Shown one piece after another: positions 11,300 to 22,830 of a stretch of 42,380 bases of DNA. The position numbers and the translations under genes were made by a program. Origin of the DNA: Octopus bimaculoides (Eukaryota); the NCBI RefSeq assembly GCF_001194135.2, contig NC_068985.1, forward strand, positions 65,007,238 through 65,049,617. The letters are read 5' to 3'. Position 1 is the stretch's first letter, and each line of letters opens with the position of its first letter. A model generated the notes under the pieces. That model searched no databases. It was not told where the DNA came from and saw nothing but the letters and a program-made list of their open reading frames with translations.

Positions 11300-13000
11300 T
11301 GGAAAAGAAAGATCCAAACTGAAGGAAGAGAATATGAATGTAGTTGGAAAAAGTGTGGAAAGAACTGAGGCAATTGAATGCAATAATGAGAAGAGAGTTC
11401 AAGAATGAGGTAGTAATCAGAAAAGATGAGGGAAAGCAAATAGTACAAGAAGAATTGTCTCAAAGAGTGACAGCATTAAAGGCCAAATTGAAAAGGTATG
11501 ACGCCAGGTGCAAAGGTTTTGAATAGAATAGACTGTTTTAATGAAATAGAAGGCATCCTTTTGAGGAAATAGAGGGTGAACAGCATCAGGAATTGTTTGC
11601 TGATGCAGAAGAAAGTAAAGTATTTTTGGTGAGAACTTTGGAATAGGCCAGTGATACATAAAGAAAGTGCAGAGTGACTAACACAGGTGGAGAGACAACT
11701 TGAAACTGTGCCAAGACAAAAGGATGTCAGAATTGATCTATATTTGGTGAGACTGAAGTTAAAAAAAATAGCATATTGGAAAGAACCTGGCCTGGATGGA
11801 GTACTAGGCTATTATTGGTTGAAGAATTTTACACAGCTGCATGAAAGGAGCACTGCACAACTGGATGAATGCCTGCACATCTCTACCTGGATGACAAATG
11901 GACGAACATTGTTATGTCTCAAGGACCTGTTGAAAGGTAACTTGGCATCAAATTTTCGACCTAAACCTGTTTACCACTTATGTGGATGTTTATGACCAAT
12001 GTCTTGGTGGAAAAGTTATATAATCATCTGGAAAGTAACAATCTACTTCCAGAAGAAAAGAAAGGATGCAAGAAAGAAAGTAGAGCAACAAAGGACCACT
12101 TATTAGTTGATAAAATGATAATTAGAAATTGTAGACAATGGTACAAAAAAGCATATGACATGGCACTGCACACTTGGATAAGTAAAACAATGAACATGTT
12201 TGGAGTGGCAGAAAATATGAAGAAAATGGTTAATGAAAGTATGAAACATTGGAATACTGAATTGATAGGAGGAAAAAATGAACATCAGACATGGTATATT
12301 TTAAGGTGATAGCTTATCTCTATTACTATTTGTATTGGCCATGATACCGCTCACAGATAAATCATCTCCTTTTTGTGGGTGATATAAAGCTTTATGAGAA
12401 GCAGCTTGAAAGTCTTGTACATACTGTCTGCATTTTCTCAAATGATGCAGGTATAGAATTTGGAATTGAAAAGTGCGCTATTTTGAAAATGAAACAAAGC
12501 AGATTTGAAGGAAGCCAGGTAACTGAAATACTAACTGGGCAGACAATGAAAATGGTTGAGAAAAGACAATGGTATAACTATTTGGGGATACTGGAGGTGG
12601 ATGAAATAAAACAGTATGGAGTATATAAGGAGAGTGAAGAAAATATTACAGTTAAAATTAAATTTAAAAAATGTTATTGAAGCAATAAGTGCAAATGCAG
12701 TACTGGTAATGAAATATGGAATTGGATTTGTAGATTGGAACAAAAATGATATACAGAAACTTGACAGAAAAACTAGAAAGCTGTTAACAATGTATGGAGT
12801 CCACCACCTGAAGAGAGACCAGGATGGAAGAGGCTTAATTGCTGTGGAAGAGTGTGTACAGATGGAAAGAAAAAGTCTATTAGAATATTTACAGAACAAC
12901 ACAGAGAAATTACTAAAGACAGTCAATATGGAACAGGTGATCAAATGTGGAATAGGAAAAAAGAATGAAATTCAAAGAGAGCATATTAAACAGATTGCTT
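11300..13000 (+). mobile_element. Decayed R4/Dong-like RLE-type LINE (RT region)
   Basis: WKEPGLDGVLGYYWLKNF, NFRP, LLPEEKKGC...TKDHLLVDK, YKKAYD, GIF*GDSLSLLLF, HLLFVGDIKLY (decayed xxDD), FGIEKCA and YNYLGILE. Confidence 0.85.
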
Positions 13001-13082
13001 GATAAGTTTTAGAAAGTTACTGATGATGTATGTGGAACATGCTTATCAACTAACAATAGAAGACTGAATTCTATATTTATGA

Positions 13083-13500
13083 ATGAGAATGCTTGTTCCC
13101 TACAAACTATGCAACAGTGTGCTTCACGACAGTTATGATACACATTTGGGTATTCAACAAATGCTCAATAAAATCTCTCTTGGGTTCTGGTGGCCAAACA
13201 TGTCTCAAGATATGACTATCTTCATTTCCAACTGCACTGCTTGTCAGCAGAATCAAATTACGAAAGACAGTGTACATAGAACAAGGGCAGTCCTTGGGAA
13301 CATATTCATATTGGTTGGGCTTTCATGAACCGTTTTGGCAATTTAATCATTGTTGTCGATTTGTATTCCAATTACATCAGTGCCATTCTTTGCATCTCAA
13401 GCAAAAAGGAAAATGTACAAAAGTGCTTGATGTGTCACTTCACTCTGTTTGGACTGCCAAAAGTTACTGTATCAGGCAATGCACCTTTCTATGCCAGATG
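13083..13500 (+). pseudogene. Orphan Gypsy-type integrase fragment (HHCC zinc domain + start of DDE core)
   Basis: LHDSYDTHLGI...FWWPNMSQD...NCTACQ, then WEHIHI, IIVVDLYS and FGLPKVTVSGNAPF. Confidence 0.75.
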
Positions 13501-13699
13501 TATGATGGGACTTGCTTTTTTCACGCATTTGTTGCAGTACCAGATATTAGTAAATGGTATGAATCATGGATTGCAGCTGGTACATAATGATGTTCTGAAT
13601 AATCTTTCCCCAGGAGAAGCAGCTTTCCTACCTGATGAAGATTGATGATTGAGTAGAATTTGCTGTAAATAGGGATACCAATTGTCAATGACAGGATTC

Positions 13700-13855
13700 C
13701 ATGCAGATGAGGCATGTTTGATGGTTTGGACAGCTTGTTAAGCTTGTCCATTTGACTGTGAATGATAAATAGGTGTATATATGCTCTTTATGCCAAGGGT
13801 CGATGACCAACCTTTCAATGCTGTAAATTCAGATGCGTTGTCTGTCAAGTTTTGT
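13700..13855 (-). pseudogene. Second integrase core fragment, opposite strand
   Basis: Manual translation gives LTDNASEFTALKGWSSTLGIKSIYTPIYHSQSNGQA*QAVQTIK. It is not shown in the ORF track because of the stop. Confidence 0.75.
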
Positions 13856-14036
13856 AATTTGCTTATTTTATAAGTGCAGGTATAGGAGCAAGGATCAAAT
13901 AGCTGTAGCCTGCGATTTTCTATCTTGCCATAGTGGAAGCACTTCCAACAACAGAATGTATGAGAAGCGGTAACATCAACCGTGATCTTGCAGGGATGAA
14001 ATCAATTGTGTCCCCTTTTATTGTAATTGTAATATA

Positions 14037-16545
14037 TCATCATCATCATCATCATCGTTTAACATCTGCTTTCCATGCTAGCATGGGTTGAACGATTTGA
14101 CTGAGGACTGGTGAATCAGATGGCTATGCCAGGTTCCAATCTGATTTGGCAGAGTTTCTACAGTTGGATGCCCTTCCTAATGCCAACCACTCCGAGAGTG
14201 TAGTGGGTGCTTTTACGTGCCACCGGCACGAAGGCCAGTCAGGAGGTACTGGCAACGGCCATGCTTGAAAAGGTGTATTTTACGTGCCACCTGCACAGGA
14301 GCCAGTCCAGCGGTACTGGCAACGAACTCGCTCGGATGTCTTTTCACGTCCCACCAGCACAAGTGCCAGGAGGATGACATTGGTAACGATCACGCTCAAA
14401 TGGTGCTATTTACGTGCCCCCGGCACGGAAGCCAGACAGCTGGTGCACTGGCAACGATCATGCTCGGACGGTGCTCTTAGTGATCTACTAGTACAGGTGC
14501 CATCACGATTTCGCTTTCGCNNNNNNNNNNNNNNNNNNNNNNNNNNNNNNNNNNNNNNNNNNNNNNNNNNNNNNNNNNNNNNNNNNNNNNNNNNNNNNNN
14601 NNNNNNNNNNNNNNNNNNNNNNNNNNNNNNNNNNNNNNNNNNNNNNNNNNNNNNNNNNNNNNNNNNNNNNNNNNNNNNNNNNNNNNNNNNNNNNNNNNNN
14701 NNNNNNNNNNNNNNNNNNNNNNNNNNNNNNNNNNNNNNNNNNNNNNNNNNNNNNNNNNNNNNNNNNNNNNNNNNNNNNNNNNNNNNNNNNNNNNNNNNNN
14801 NNNNNNNNNNNNNNNNNNNNNNNNNNNNNNNNNNNNNNNNNNNNNNNNNNNNNNNNNNNNNNNNNNNNNNNNNNNNNNNNNNNNNNNNNNNNNNNNNNNN
14901 NNNNNNNNNNNNNNNNNNNNNNNNNNNNNNNNNNNNNNNNNNNNNNNNNNNNNNNNNNNNNNNNNNNNNNNNNNNNNNNNNNNNNNNNNNNNNNNNNNNN
15001 NNNNNNNNNNNNNNNNNNNNNNNNNNNNNNNNNNNNNNNNNNNNNNNNNNNNNNNNNNNNNNNNNNNNNNNNNNNNNNNNNNNTGTACACCACAACTGAT
15101 GCTTCTTAGGTTCAACTTTTCTCTCAAGGTACTTACACTCTGTCGAGTATGCACACTGGCATTACACATCCATCGGAGCATACTGGCATCATTCCTTGTG
15201 AGCTTACGCATGTCCTCAGCAGTCACGGCCCATGTTTCACTGCCATGTAGCATGGCTGTTCGTACACATGCGTCATGCAGTCTGCCTTTTACTCTGAGTG
15301 AGAGGCCCCTTGTCACCAGCAGAGGTAAGAGCTCTCTGAACTTTGCCCAGGCTATTCTTATTCTAGCAGATACAGTTTCAGTGCACTCTCCCCCACTACT
15401 AATTTGGTCACCCATGATAGCGGAAGCTATCAACTACGTCCAGGTTTTCTCCCTGGAATGTGACAGAAGTTGTTTTCTGCACATTTTCAGTGTTTATTGC
15501 TCCTGAACAACTGCCACATACAAAAACTAACTTCATAGTTAACTTGCCTTTGATATTGCTGCACCTCTTATGTGTCCATAGCTTGCACTGAGTACATCTT
15601 ATAGAGTTTCTACCTATGCCTTTTCTACAGATCAAGCAGGGCCATCTACCTGAAGGGGATTGTGTTTTATCTACCTCCCTACTTATTAGGACTTTGGTTT
15701 TAGCTAGGTTGACTCTAAGGCCCTTCGATTCTAGTCCTTGCTTCTACACCTGAAACTTCTCTTCTAGTTCTGATAGTGACTCAGCAATTAGTGCAAAGTC
15801 ATCAGCATAGAGGAGCTCCAGGGGCATCCTGTCTTAAATTCCTCCGTTATCGCCTGGAGGATTATGATAAATAGGAGGGAGCTGAGGACAGAACCTTGAT
15901 GGACCCCTACCTCTACCCGGAATTCTTCACTGTACTCGCTGCCAACCCTCACCTTACTGACAGCGTCTCTGTACATGGCTTGCACAGCTCTCACTAACCA
16001 TTCTTCCATCCCTAGTTTCCTCATTGACCACCAGATAAGGGATCGGGGGACCCTGTCAAAGGCTTTCTCCATGTCAACAAAAGCCAGGTACAGAGGTTTA
16101 TCCTTGGCTAGGTATTTCTCCTGAAGCTGTCTTACCAGAAATATAGCGTCAGTGGTGCTTTTCCCTGGCATGAACCCAAACTGCATCTTATCTAAACTGA
16201 CTCGCTCCCTAATTAGTTGGGCTATGGCCCTCTCCGTGACTTTCATAACCTGATCTAACAACTTAATACCTCTGTAATTATTTGTATCTAAAGCGTCCCC
16301 TTTACCTTTGTAACAGTTGACTATGGTGCTGCTACACCAGTCATTGGGTATGACTCCTTCATGTATCACCTGGTTAATAATACGGGTGACTAGGCTATAG
16401 CCAACACTACCAGATATTTTGAGCATCTCTGCAGTGATTCCTGATGGGTCGGGGGCTTTCCCTGTCTTCATACTCTTAATTGCTTTATCTACGATGGTAC
16501 TGTCAATTCGGATAGCTGGTCCCTCTGTTGGGTCAGCTATCTGAA
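14037..16545 (-). mobile_element. Relatively young 5'-truncated RTE LINE (RT, PHD insert, C-terminus, repeat-bearing 3' UTR, (GAT)n tail)
   Basis: ORF 15788-16471 has GKAPDPSG, NYRGIKLL, QFGFMPG, FVDMEKAFD and GVHQGSVLS, then frameshifts into ELLYADD. ORFs 15408-15635 and 15084-15433 continue it. The (CAT)n tail is at 14037-14056. Confidence 0.92.
14205..14520 (-). repeat. Degenerate ~62-66-bp tandem array (about 5 units visible) in RTE 3' UTR
   Basis: Recurring ttta/cacgtgccacc-gcac...gccagt...actggcaacga. It runs into a gap. Confidence 0.85.
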
Positions 16546-16638
16546 TAATAATCTTTTAAAAAATGTCAAGCTTATAAACACCAAGGATATGAAATTTTGA
16601 AAAATTTCCTTTAGGCATGTATTTACTCTTTATTCAAA

Positions 16639-18410
16639 TTAATGACTTCTTTGAGTTTGGTTTTTATGAGAAAGCATTTTGATATTAGGTCCTAACATAA
16701 TGGTTCTTAGTATCAATTGGTCCTCTAAATGCTCATCTGTCAGCTGTGTTCTCAGTGAATTCTTGATTTGCGTCAAGTACGAGAATGTGGATTCACAACA
16801 GTATGTTGTAGAAAAGCAGGAAATCAGTTGGCATGCATGTTCACGAAGACAAGGATATTCTATCGTCTTTTTCCAAATTCCAATGGGATCATCCCCGTTG
16901 TCAAACTGGGATTTCAGGATATTATCTTCAGACATTTCAATAAGCTCCATTTGTAACTCTTTAGGAGCCTTTGGTACATCAACTAAGTGAGACTGAAAAG
17001 CAAGTTTCAGAGTGATGCTATGCTTTTCAAAATCACTGAATCTTTTATTGTATTCTTCTACTAATGAGTCTAAAACTGACTTGTATTCTTCAAAAGATCC
17101 AAAGATATCTTCATTTTCACTCATTACCTTCATAAACTGGGGAAAGTATTCCTCTGAAAGTTTTGATTTAGCCAAAAGAGACTTAAAAAACAACTTTTTT
17201 CTAAATGCCTGAATTTTTTGCCACATATCATAAATAGATTTATTTCTGCCTTGCAACAAAATGTTTAACTCATTTTGTTTTGATATAACATCACATGAAA
17301 ATGCAACATTTCTGTAAAAGTTTGGATTTGATAAATCACAATGTTTGTTGTTTCCTTTGAATAAGTCAATTATTTGCTTTTGTAAAGATACAATTTTGAC
17401 CAATACTTTCGCTTGTGACAGCTAGTGATAAGGCAAATCTGCACTAATTACTTCATCATCCATCATCAGACAATGCTTTGTGGCATTTGCTTGAATATAG
17501 TTTTCAATACTTATAACCTTATGCAAAGTGTCATTTAAAATGGCAGATTTTGCACAGAGATTTTGCTAATGTAAAATACAATGAAAAGAAATCAGTTCAC
17601 TTGGATCTTTGGTTTCTCTTTTAAGATGTGCAATAAATCCTTCATAGCTTTTAAGATGTGCAATAAATCCTTCATAGCCATCATAGCTGGAGCACCATCT
17701 GTGCACACACTTACCAAATTACTAATATTTAGTCCTACTTTGTGGCATTGCTCTTTGAAGTTGTTAAAAATATCTATCCCCCGCGTCATTCCTTTAAGGG
17801 TGCCTAAAGCAAGCAATTCTTCATATAATTGAAAATCATCAGTTGTAGCACGAATAAAATACAATACCTGTGCTGAATCAATGGAATCTGTCGATTCAGC
17901 CAAAGCTACTGAATAATATACAGTTTCTTTTTGGATTATATTTTTCAGCTGCTCTGTTACAGCACATGCCAATTCATGCTGTCCATCTGTATTAGTTTTT
18001 CTTGAAAGAGGCACCTCCTTATATTTGTTAACTTTATCTGGATCTATACATCTTACCATTTCTAAAATACATTGCTTTATGAGTTCTGAATCGATGAATG
18101 GTTTACCTTTTTTACCAAGCAAATATGCAACTTTATAGCTGGCTTCTGTCACACCATTCCCTTAGGAAAAATTGTCTTTGCTTTTGTTTTCCATCTTTCA
18201 GTTTCTGCGGTGCTATCTTTCAAGACTCACCCTTTAATCTGGCATATTTACTGTCTTTATGAAGAGCATAATGCTGCTGTGCATAGAATTTCTTAACCGT
18301 TACAATTATGGTATCACAAAACAAACAAGACATTTTACCTATTCACTAAAAAATATTGTAATTCCCATTCTTCATTGAAGATCCTATTTTCTTCTTTCAA
18401 AGTTTGTTTC
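16639..18410 (-). pseudogene. Fragmented hAT transposase
   Basis: ORFs 17592-18152 and 16639-17403 plus the upstream zinc-finger frame. It has stops, frameshifts and an internal deletion around the expected RWLS motif. Confidence 0.85.
17618..17678. repeat. Perfect 30-bp tandem duplication inside the transposase
   Basis: cttttaagatgtgcaataaatccttcatag occurs twice, giving AMKDLLHILK-AMKDLLHILK. Confidence 0.95.
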
Positions 18411-18544
18411 AATTTCTTTAACATACTTATGGGTTGAAAATTGATTTTATTCTGATATACCAATAAAAAATAAAAGGATGATAATGAACTAGTAAGGCTG
18501 GTCGCACACTGACCCAGAAAAAAATGACCTCAGACAAGATACGA

Positions 18545-18775
18545 TAAACCTGCATCCAAAACCATATTCTTGATCTTGAATTTGGCAATTGTCACTACCA
18601 TTCATGAATAAATATCATCTAGATTCATAATATTCTTTTCTGTAATTAATACTATTATTTATCATTATCCAATTAATATAGAAATAACGTTAAATATTGA
18701 TGATTTTCAATCAAAACAATGACAATTACTAAAGTCGTGACCAAGATTCCAAGAACATGGTTTCGGATGCTGATC
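18545..18775. repeat. Degenerate foldback/inverted repeat (MITE-like)
   Basis: gcatccaaaaccatattcttgatcttg...caattgtca pairs with tgacaatt...caagattccaagaacatggtttcggatgc. Confidence 0.6.
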
Positions 18776-19364
18776 TAAGACCGTTTTATCTAGAACAGTG
18801 TGCAGTAGGCCTAACAGAGTAGCAATGAATTCGATCATTGTTACTAATTAAGTCTCAGTGATGAAAAGGAAGTCTGCAAAACAACGCATGTACTGGTGAA
18901 TTTACGCTTTCAAATGAAGCTATAACCAACTCAGACTTACAATCTCACAAGTCACTATGAACTTAGTCACGACTACAGTTAACTGAGTAGTACGTAGTGC
19001 AGACCACAGTGAGGAGGTAGATGAGACAAGAACTCTGCATGTATCATGTGTGAAGTCACTCACTCTCACTAGGCTGGCGTGACTGACAAGGAAATGTTGC
19101 CTTTATAGCCATGTTGCTTTAAGTTTATATTCATTAGGTTCATAGAAAAATGCTTCCAATTTCTGAGAGTGACATCACTGAACACAGTTATTTTTCCTCT
19201 CATCTATGTGTGTGTGTTGTAAATTTATATATAAAAACTATAGACAATAAAAATGAAGGTCTTAAAAAATATATATTAACATTTACATCAAAGGCTACAG
19301 AAGACTGCACTTGTTGACCTAGAAGGCCACATGCAACCTTAAGGCTGCAGGTTCCCCATCCCTG

Positions 19365-20037
19365 GCTTAGGAGGTACAATTAAACAGATGGCAGCTCAGG
19401 CAATTTTACAATGCCTTTTCAATGAACAAATCATGACTCCAAGACAACTTTATGATTATGGTCAGCAAAACGTACCTGAAATTAATTTTATCTCCTCAAA
19501 TTATGAAATGCAGAATGAGGAAAATCTATTGAGAGAGAGAGATTTAGAAATACAAGGACAATTCCAGGGTCAAAGTTGCATTGCTTTATCTCAAACTCCC
19601 CTTCAGAAATTAAGGTAAAAATAATATCTATAATAGATAATTATACTAAAATTCAATTTGAGAATATAAACGGGTTTGTAGCTGCAATTTATGATAGTGA
19701 CTGGTTCTAGCAACATACCCAGAAACTATACAAGTAAAACTCACCTTTCTTGAACCTATAGGACCCTCATCATTTCAGTATCCTAGAAAGTCAGATGTTT
19801 TAACAGTGGGTTATTTGGACACTCTTTGTAAATTTGACCCCAGAACTACTACAGGAAGAACATATACTTTGACAGAAAAAGAAATGAAAACTGCATCGCA
19901 ATTATTAATTTCAAGAAAATTGTCTCATTAACTTTTGAAGATTTCAGAATTCCATCTAACAAGTATCTAATCATTTAAAGCAAGGCAAAGGTGGGAGGTT
20001 GGGACATGTAGCTTCATCTGCTAAGCTATCAGGAGTG
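19365..20037 (+). mobile_element. C-terminal remnant of an unclassified DNA-transposase-like ORF, interrupted by the hAT
   Basis: GGTIKQMAAQAILQ...QIMTPRQLYDY...[fs]RTIPGSKLHCF...GFVAAIYDSDW...LTFLEPIGPSSFQYP...TTGRTYTL. It resembles a widespread invertebrate transposase-like family. The superfamily is uncertain (possibly CMC/Chapaev-like). Confidence 0.6.
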
Positions 20038-20239
20038 TCCCCTTAGGCGATGGGGATGCCGACAATTTATTTGATGATTCTAAGTGTTGGCAGTAACATT
20101 GCCACCATTGACGATAGCAGAGCTGAAAAGTAGTTACAATTAAAGTAGACATTATTATTGTAATAATGAAAATGCTTATTTTGATTATCAGCACTTTGTT
20201 TTCTCCTTCAAGCTCAAATTGATTTTTGATAATTTTGAT

Positions 20240-20575
20240 GTTGACAACAGGGGTGGTTTAGATTTTTTAATTGAGAGCAGAAATCCTTTTGATTGATGGT
20301 ACTCTCACAGACTTAACATTTTGCCTTTCCCCCCTCTATCACCACATGTATGGACTCCACGAGCACCGTGTAGCTGTTGTCAGGGATCTTGTGGAAATTT
20401 TCTACTGTGACCAGTATTTCCACTTTTACCCTGACCACTGACCAGTTTTGTTACAGGGTCAATTTTATGGTGAGTATATCACCACATGCATTCCATATCA
20501 TCTTGAGATGCAGGATATTAAGTTTAGGTGACACATTTGTAAATGTAACTTTATTCATTCATCTCCCCAGATAGG
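20240..20575 (-). pseudogene. Second Tx1-type ORF1 fragment
   Basis: PSYLGR*MNKVTFTNVSPK...QNWSVV...FHKIPD...HVVIEG[fs]KC*VCESTINQKDFC aligns to ORF1 at 2723-3120, including the decayed knuckle. Confidence 0.6.
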
Positions 20576-20799
20576 ATGGAATGAAGATATTTTTTCCTGA
20601 CAAGCAATTGTATATAGCCATCATTGTTGAATTTTCTTTACTATGGCATTTTGCTATTAGAGACCCCAGATATTTGCCCCTTCTTAAATGCCAATTCAAA
20701 CCCCCATACACCTACCAAACCTTTTTCAACCTGTGCTGAGTTAGGATTTTCAATTTTCCTAGTCTTCTTGTTAAGACAACAATGGATCACAGTTTTTTT

Positions 20800-21290
20800 G
20801 TGATCTGATCTGTTTTGTGCCTAGTTGTAGAATACAATTAGGTTTCACTAAGCATTTTCTGAAATTTTTGATAATTTTTGATAAGTTGTTGTTAGCAAGA
20901 AAGGAGACAAGACTCTTATTCCAGCTGACAAATGGCCCTGTTCAATATGTGGAAAAGGAGTGGGACAGAATTCCATTTGCTGCACCAAGTGTAAGTTATG
21001 GACGCATAAGAGATGCAGTGGAATTGTATGAAGGTTATCAGATATGGCCGCTCTCATGTGTGGCAGATGTGTAGGAACAGTAAGTACTAAGAGCACGAGG
21101 GACTTAAACGCTCTTAAATGCCTAGGAGGCTCTCTTGAGGTTGTAGGTAGTTTCTGTTATTTAAGTGACCAAATTAATAATGATGGTAGATGCTCTAAAA
21201 GTATTGTTTCTACAATAAGAATAGGGTGGAGGAAGTTCAGGGAACTACTACCTCTGCTGGCAGCAAAAGAACACTCCCTATTTTTCTAAC
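20800..21290 (+). mobile_element. Old RTE fragment (RT end + decayed PHD)
   Basis: KWPCSICGKGVGQNSI-like frame, MCGRCVG, SFCYLSDQINNDG and RIGWRKFRELLPLL. Confidence 0.8.
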
Positions 21291-21429
21291 CAGGTTCAAC
21301 ATTCATTCTTGTTACTTGTGAGAATGGCTATGTACCTCCTTTGTAGCAAGACACCTATTTCTGCCTCTCTATTTCTCTGTTGCACTCTAACCTTTTATCA
21401 TTTGATACTGGGTCACCTCCTCAAATGCC

Positions 21430-21768
21430 CTGCCTCTCTCATAATTCCTTGTTTTGCGAGTTACTTGGTGACCCTGCCATTGCTGGTGCTACATTAAATG
21501 CATCCAATCCACACTGTAACATGGTTGGTGTTTGGAAGAGCATCCAGCTGTAAAAATCATTCCAAAACTAACTTCATCTGTGCTAATGACATGTAAAAAG
21601 CACTGAGTCCACTTTGCAGAGTGGTTGGTGTTAGGAAGAGCATCCAGCTGTAAAAATCCCTGCCAAAACACACACAGCAGCCAGGGGTAGTTTTTTCTTC
21701 ATCCTACCTGTGCATGCATGGAAGATGGACGTTAAACGATGATGATGGTGATGATGATGATGATGATT
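21430..21768 (+). mobile_element. RTE-type 3' tail / RTE-mobilised SINE tail with an internal duplication
   Basis: gtggttggtgttaggaagagcatccagctgtaaaaa occurs twice, and the element ends ggacgttaaac(gat)n. Confidence 0.7.
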
Positions 21769-21879
21769 GAGGTATCATATCAAATGCGTTACAATAATCT
21801 ATTTACACCATAATTAGTTCAACTTAGCATTACAGTTTTGTCAATGAGTAGTTGATATTTTGTACTTATTATCCCTCTT

Positions 21880-22830
21880 CTAAATCTCTTTTTTTAGGTA
21901 AAAGGTTCCTTCTATCAAGATGGTTGTATATTTCTTCCACAATAACTCCAGTCAAAAGTTTGCCCATTGGAGGCACATATGTTAAAGCTTTGTTTGTTAC
22001 TGGCTTCATTATTCTCATCATCTTTCACTAAAAGGATCTAACACTGGATGTCGTCCATTCAGGAACACTTCCATTTTCTATGCATTCATTAGAATGTCTT
22101 GCAATCCTTGAGTATAATCCTTCAAAGTTTTTTATCCAAAATCCTTGAACCCCATCTGAGCCATGAACCTTCCAACTGCATATCTTTTTTTTTTATCTTA
22201 TTTTTTACCATTACTTCCTCAAAATAAATATTTCATTGCTTTTCAGTATGCATTTTTACTGCAACCTATTCTATCCACTCTGCTTTCTTGATGTGAACTT
22301 CTTCCCTTTCTCAAATATCTGCTCAGAATTATTTCATTTTCTTTCTCAGGGTTAAGTTGTGTTGCCTGCTTATAGTCCAATTCTTTGTAAAACTTGGACT
22401 GATTGCATCTGAGCATATTTCCTATGTACTGTTTTAATTCTGTGTAACATTTTACTCTAGCAGTTTTTGCTTTTCTGCATTATTTCACTTCCTCAAAAAC
22501 TGTTTTCAAGCCATTTGTTTGATATTGTACAGACATTCCAGTTGGTCCTTCTGACTATTTTTAAGTTACCATTTTTTCATCTCTCAGCATGTCCTACATT
22601 TTTTTGTAATTGGTCTATTTTTGCCCCTGTCTTCACTTTTAGAATGAATCTTTGTCCTTTTTTCCCCCTCTTGTGTTTTTTTTTTTTTGCTTATCATTTA
22701 TTCCACAAGAACTGCTCCTGCTTTAATAAACTTGTTGGTTTTGGTATTGTTTATTGTGTTTATTTGTGATATTGCATTGTCTACTTTCTTTGCTTCTACT
22801 TTTGTTATTTTCTGATCTAAATTTTGTAGA
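21880..22830 (-). mobile_element. Decayed R4/Dong-like LINE fragment
   Basis: SWKVHGSDGVQGFWIKNF...NEC.ENGSVPEW...KLLTG..EEIYNHL...LLP, homologous to 11300-13000. Confidence 0.75.

Larger units (their letters stand above)
16560..19364 (-). mobile_element. hAT DNA transposon, Buster/SPIN/Charlie (GTF2IRD2/EPM2AIP1-like) type, inactive
   Basis: BED-like finger CLFC..HYALH, SVALAESTD (the LDESTD catalytic D is mutated), CTDGAPAM, HCILH*QNLCAK and FSTTYCCESTFS. The terminus ...gttccccatccctg at 19351-19364 is followed by gctTAgga, which fits the NNNTANNN target-site pattern of Buster-type hATs. The other end was not found. Confidence 0.88.

Noticed and set aside
11114-11463. Poly-I/L/Y and H/T/C/V-rich ORFs (also 33682-34223, 38759-39290)
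   Set aside because: These are translations of microsatellites.
13991-13998. cagggatg as the missing left TIR of the hAT
   Set aside because: Only 8 bp match, and the preceding 8-mer tgatcttg does not match the right-hand gcttagga.
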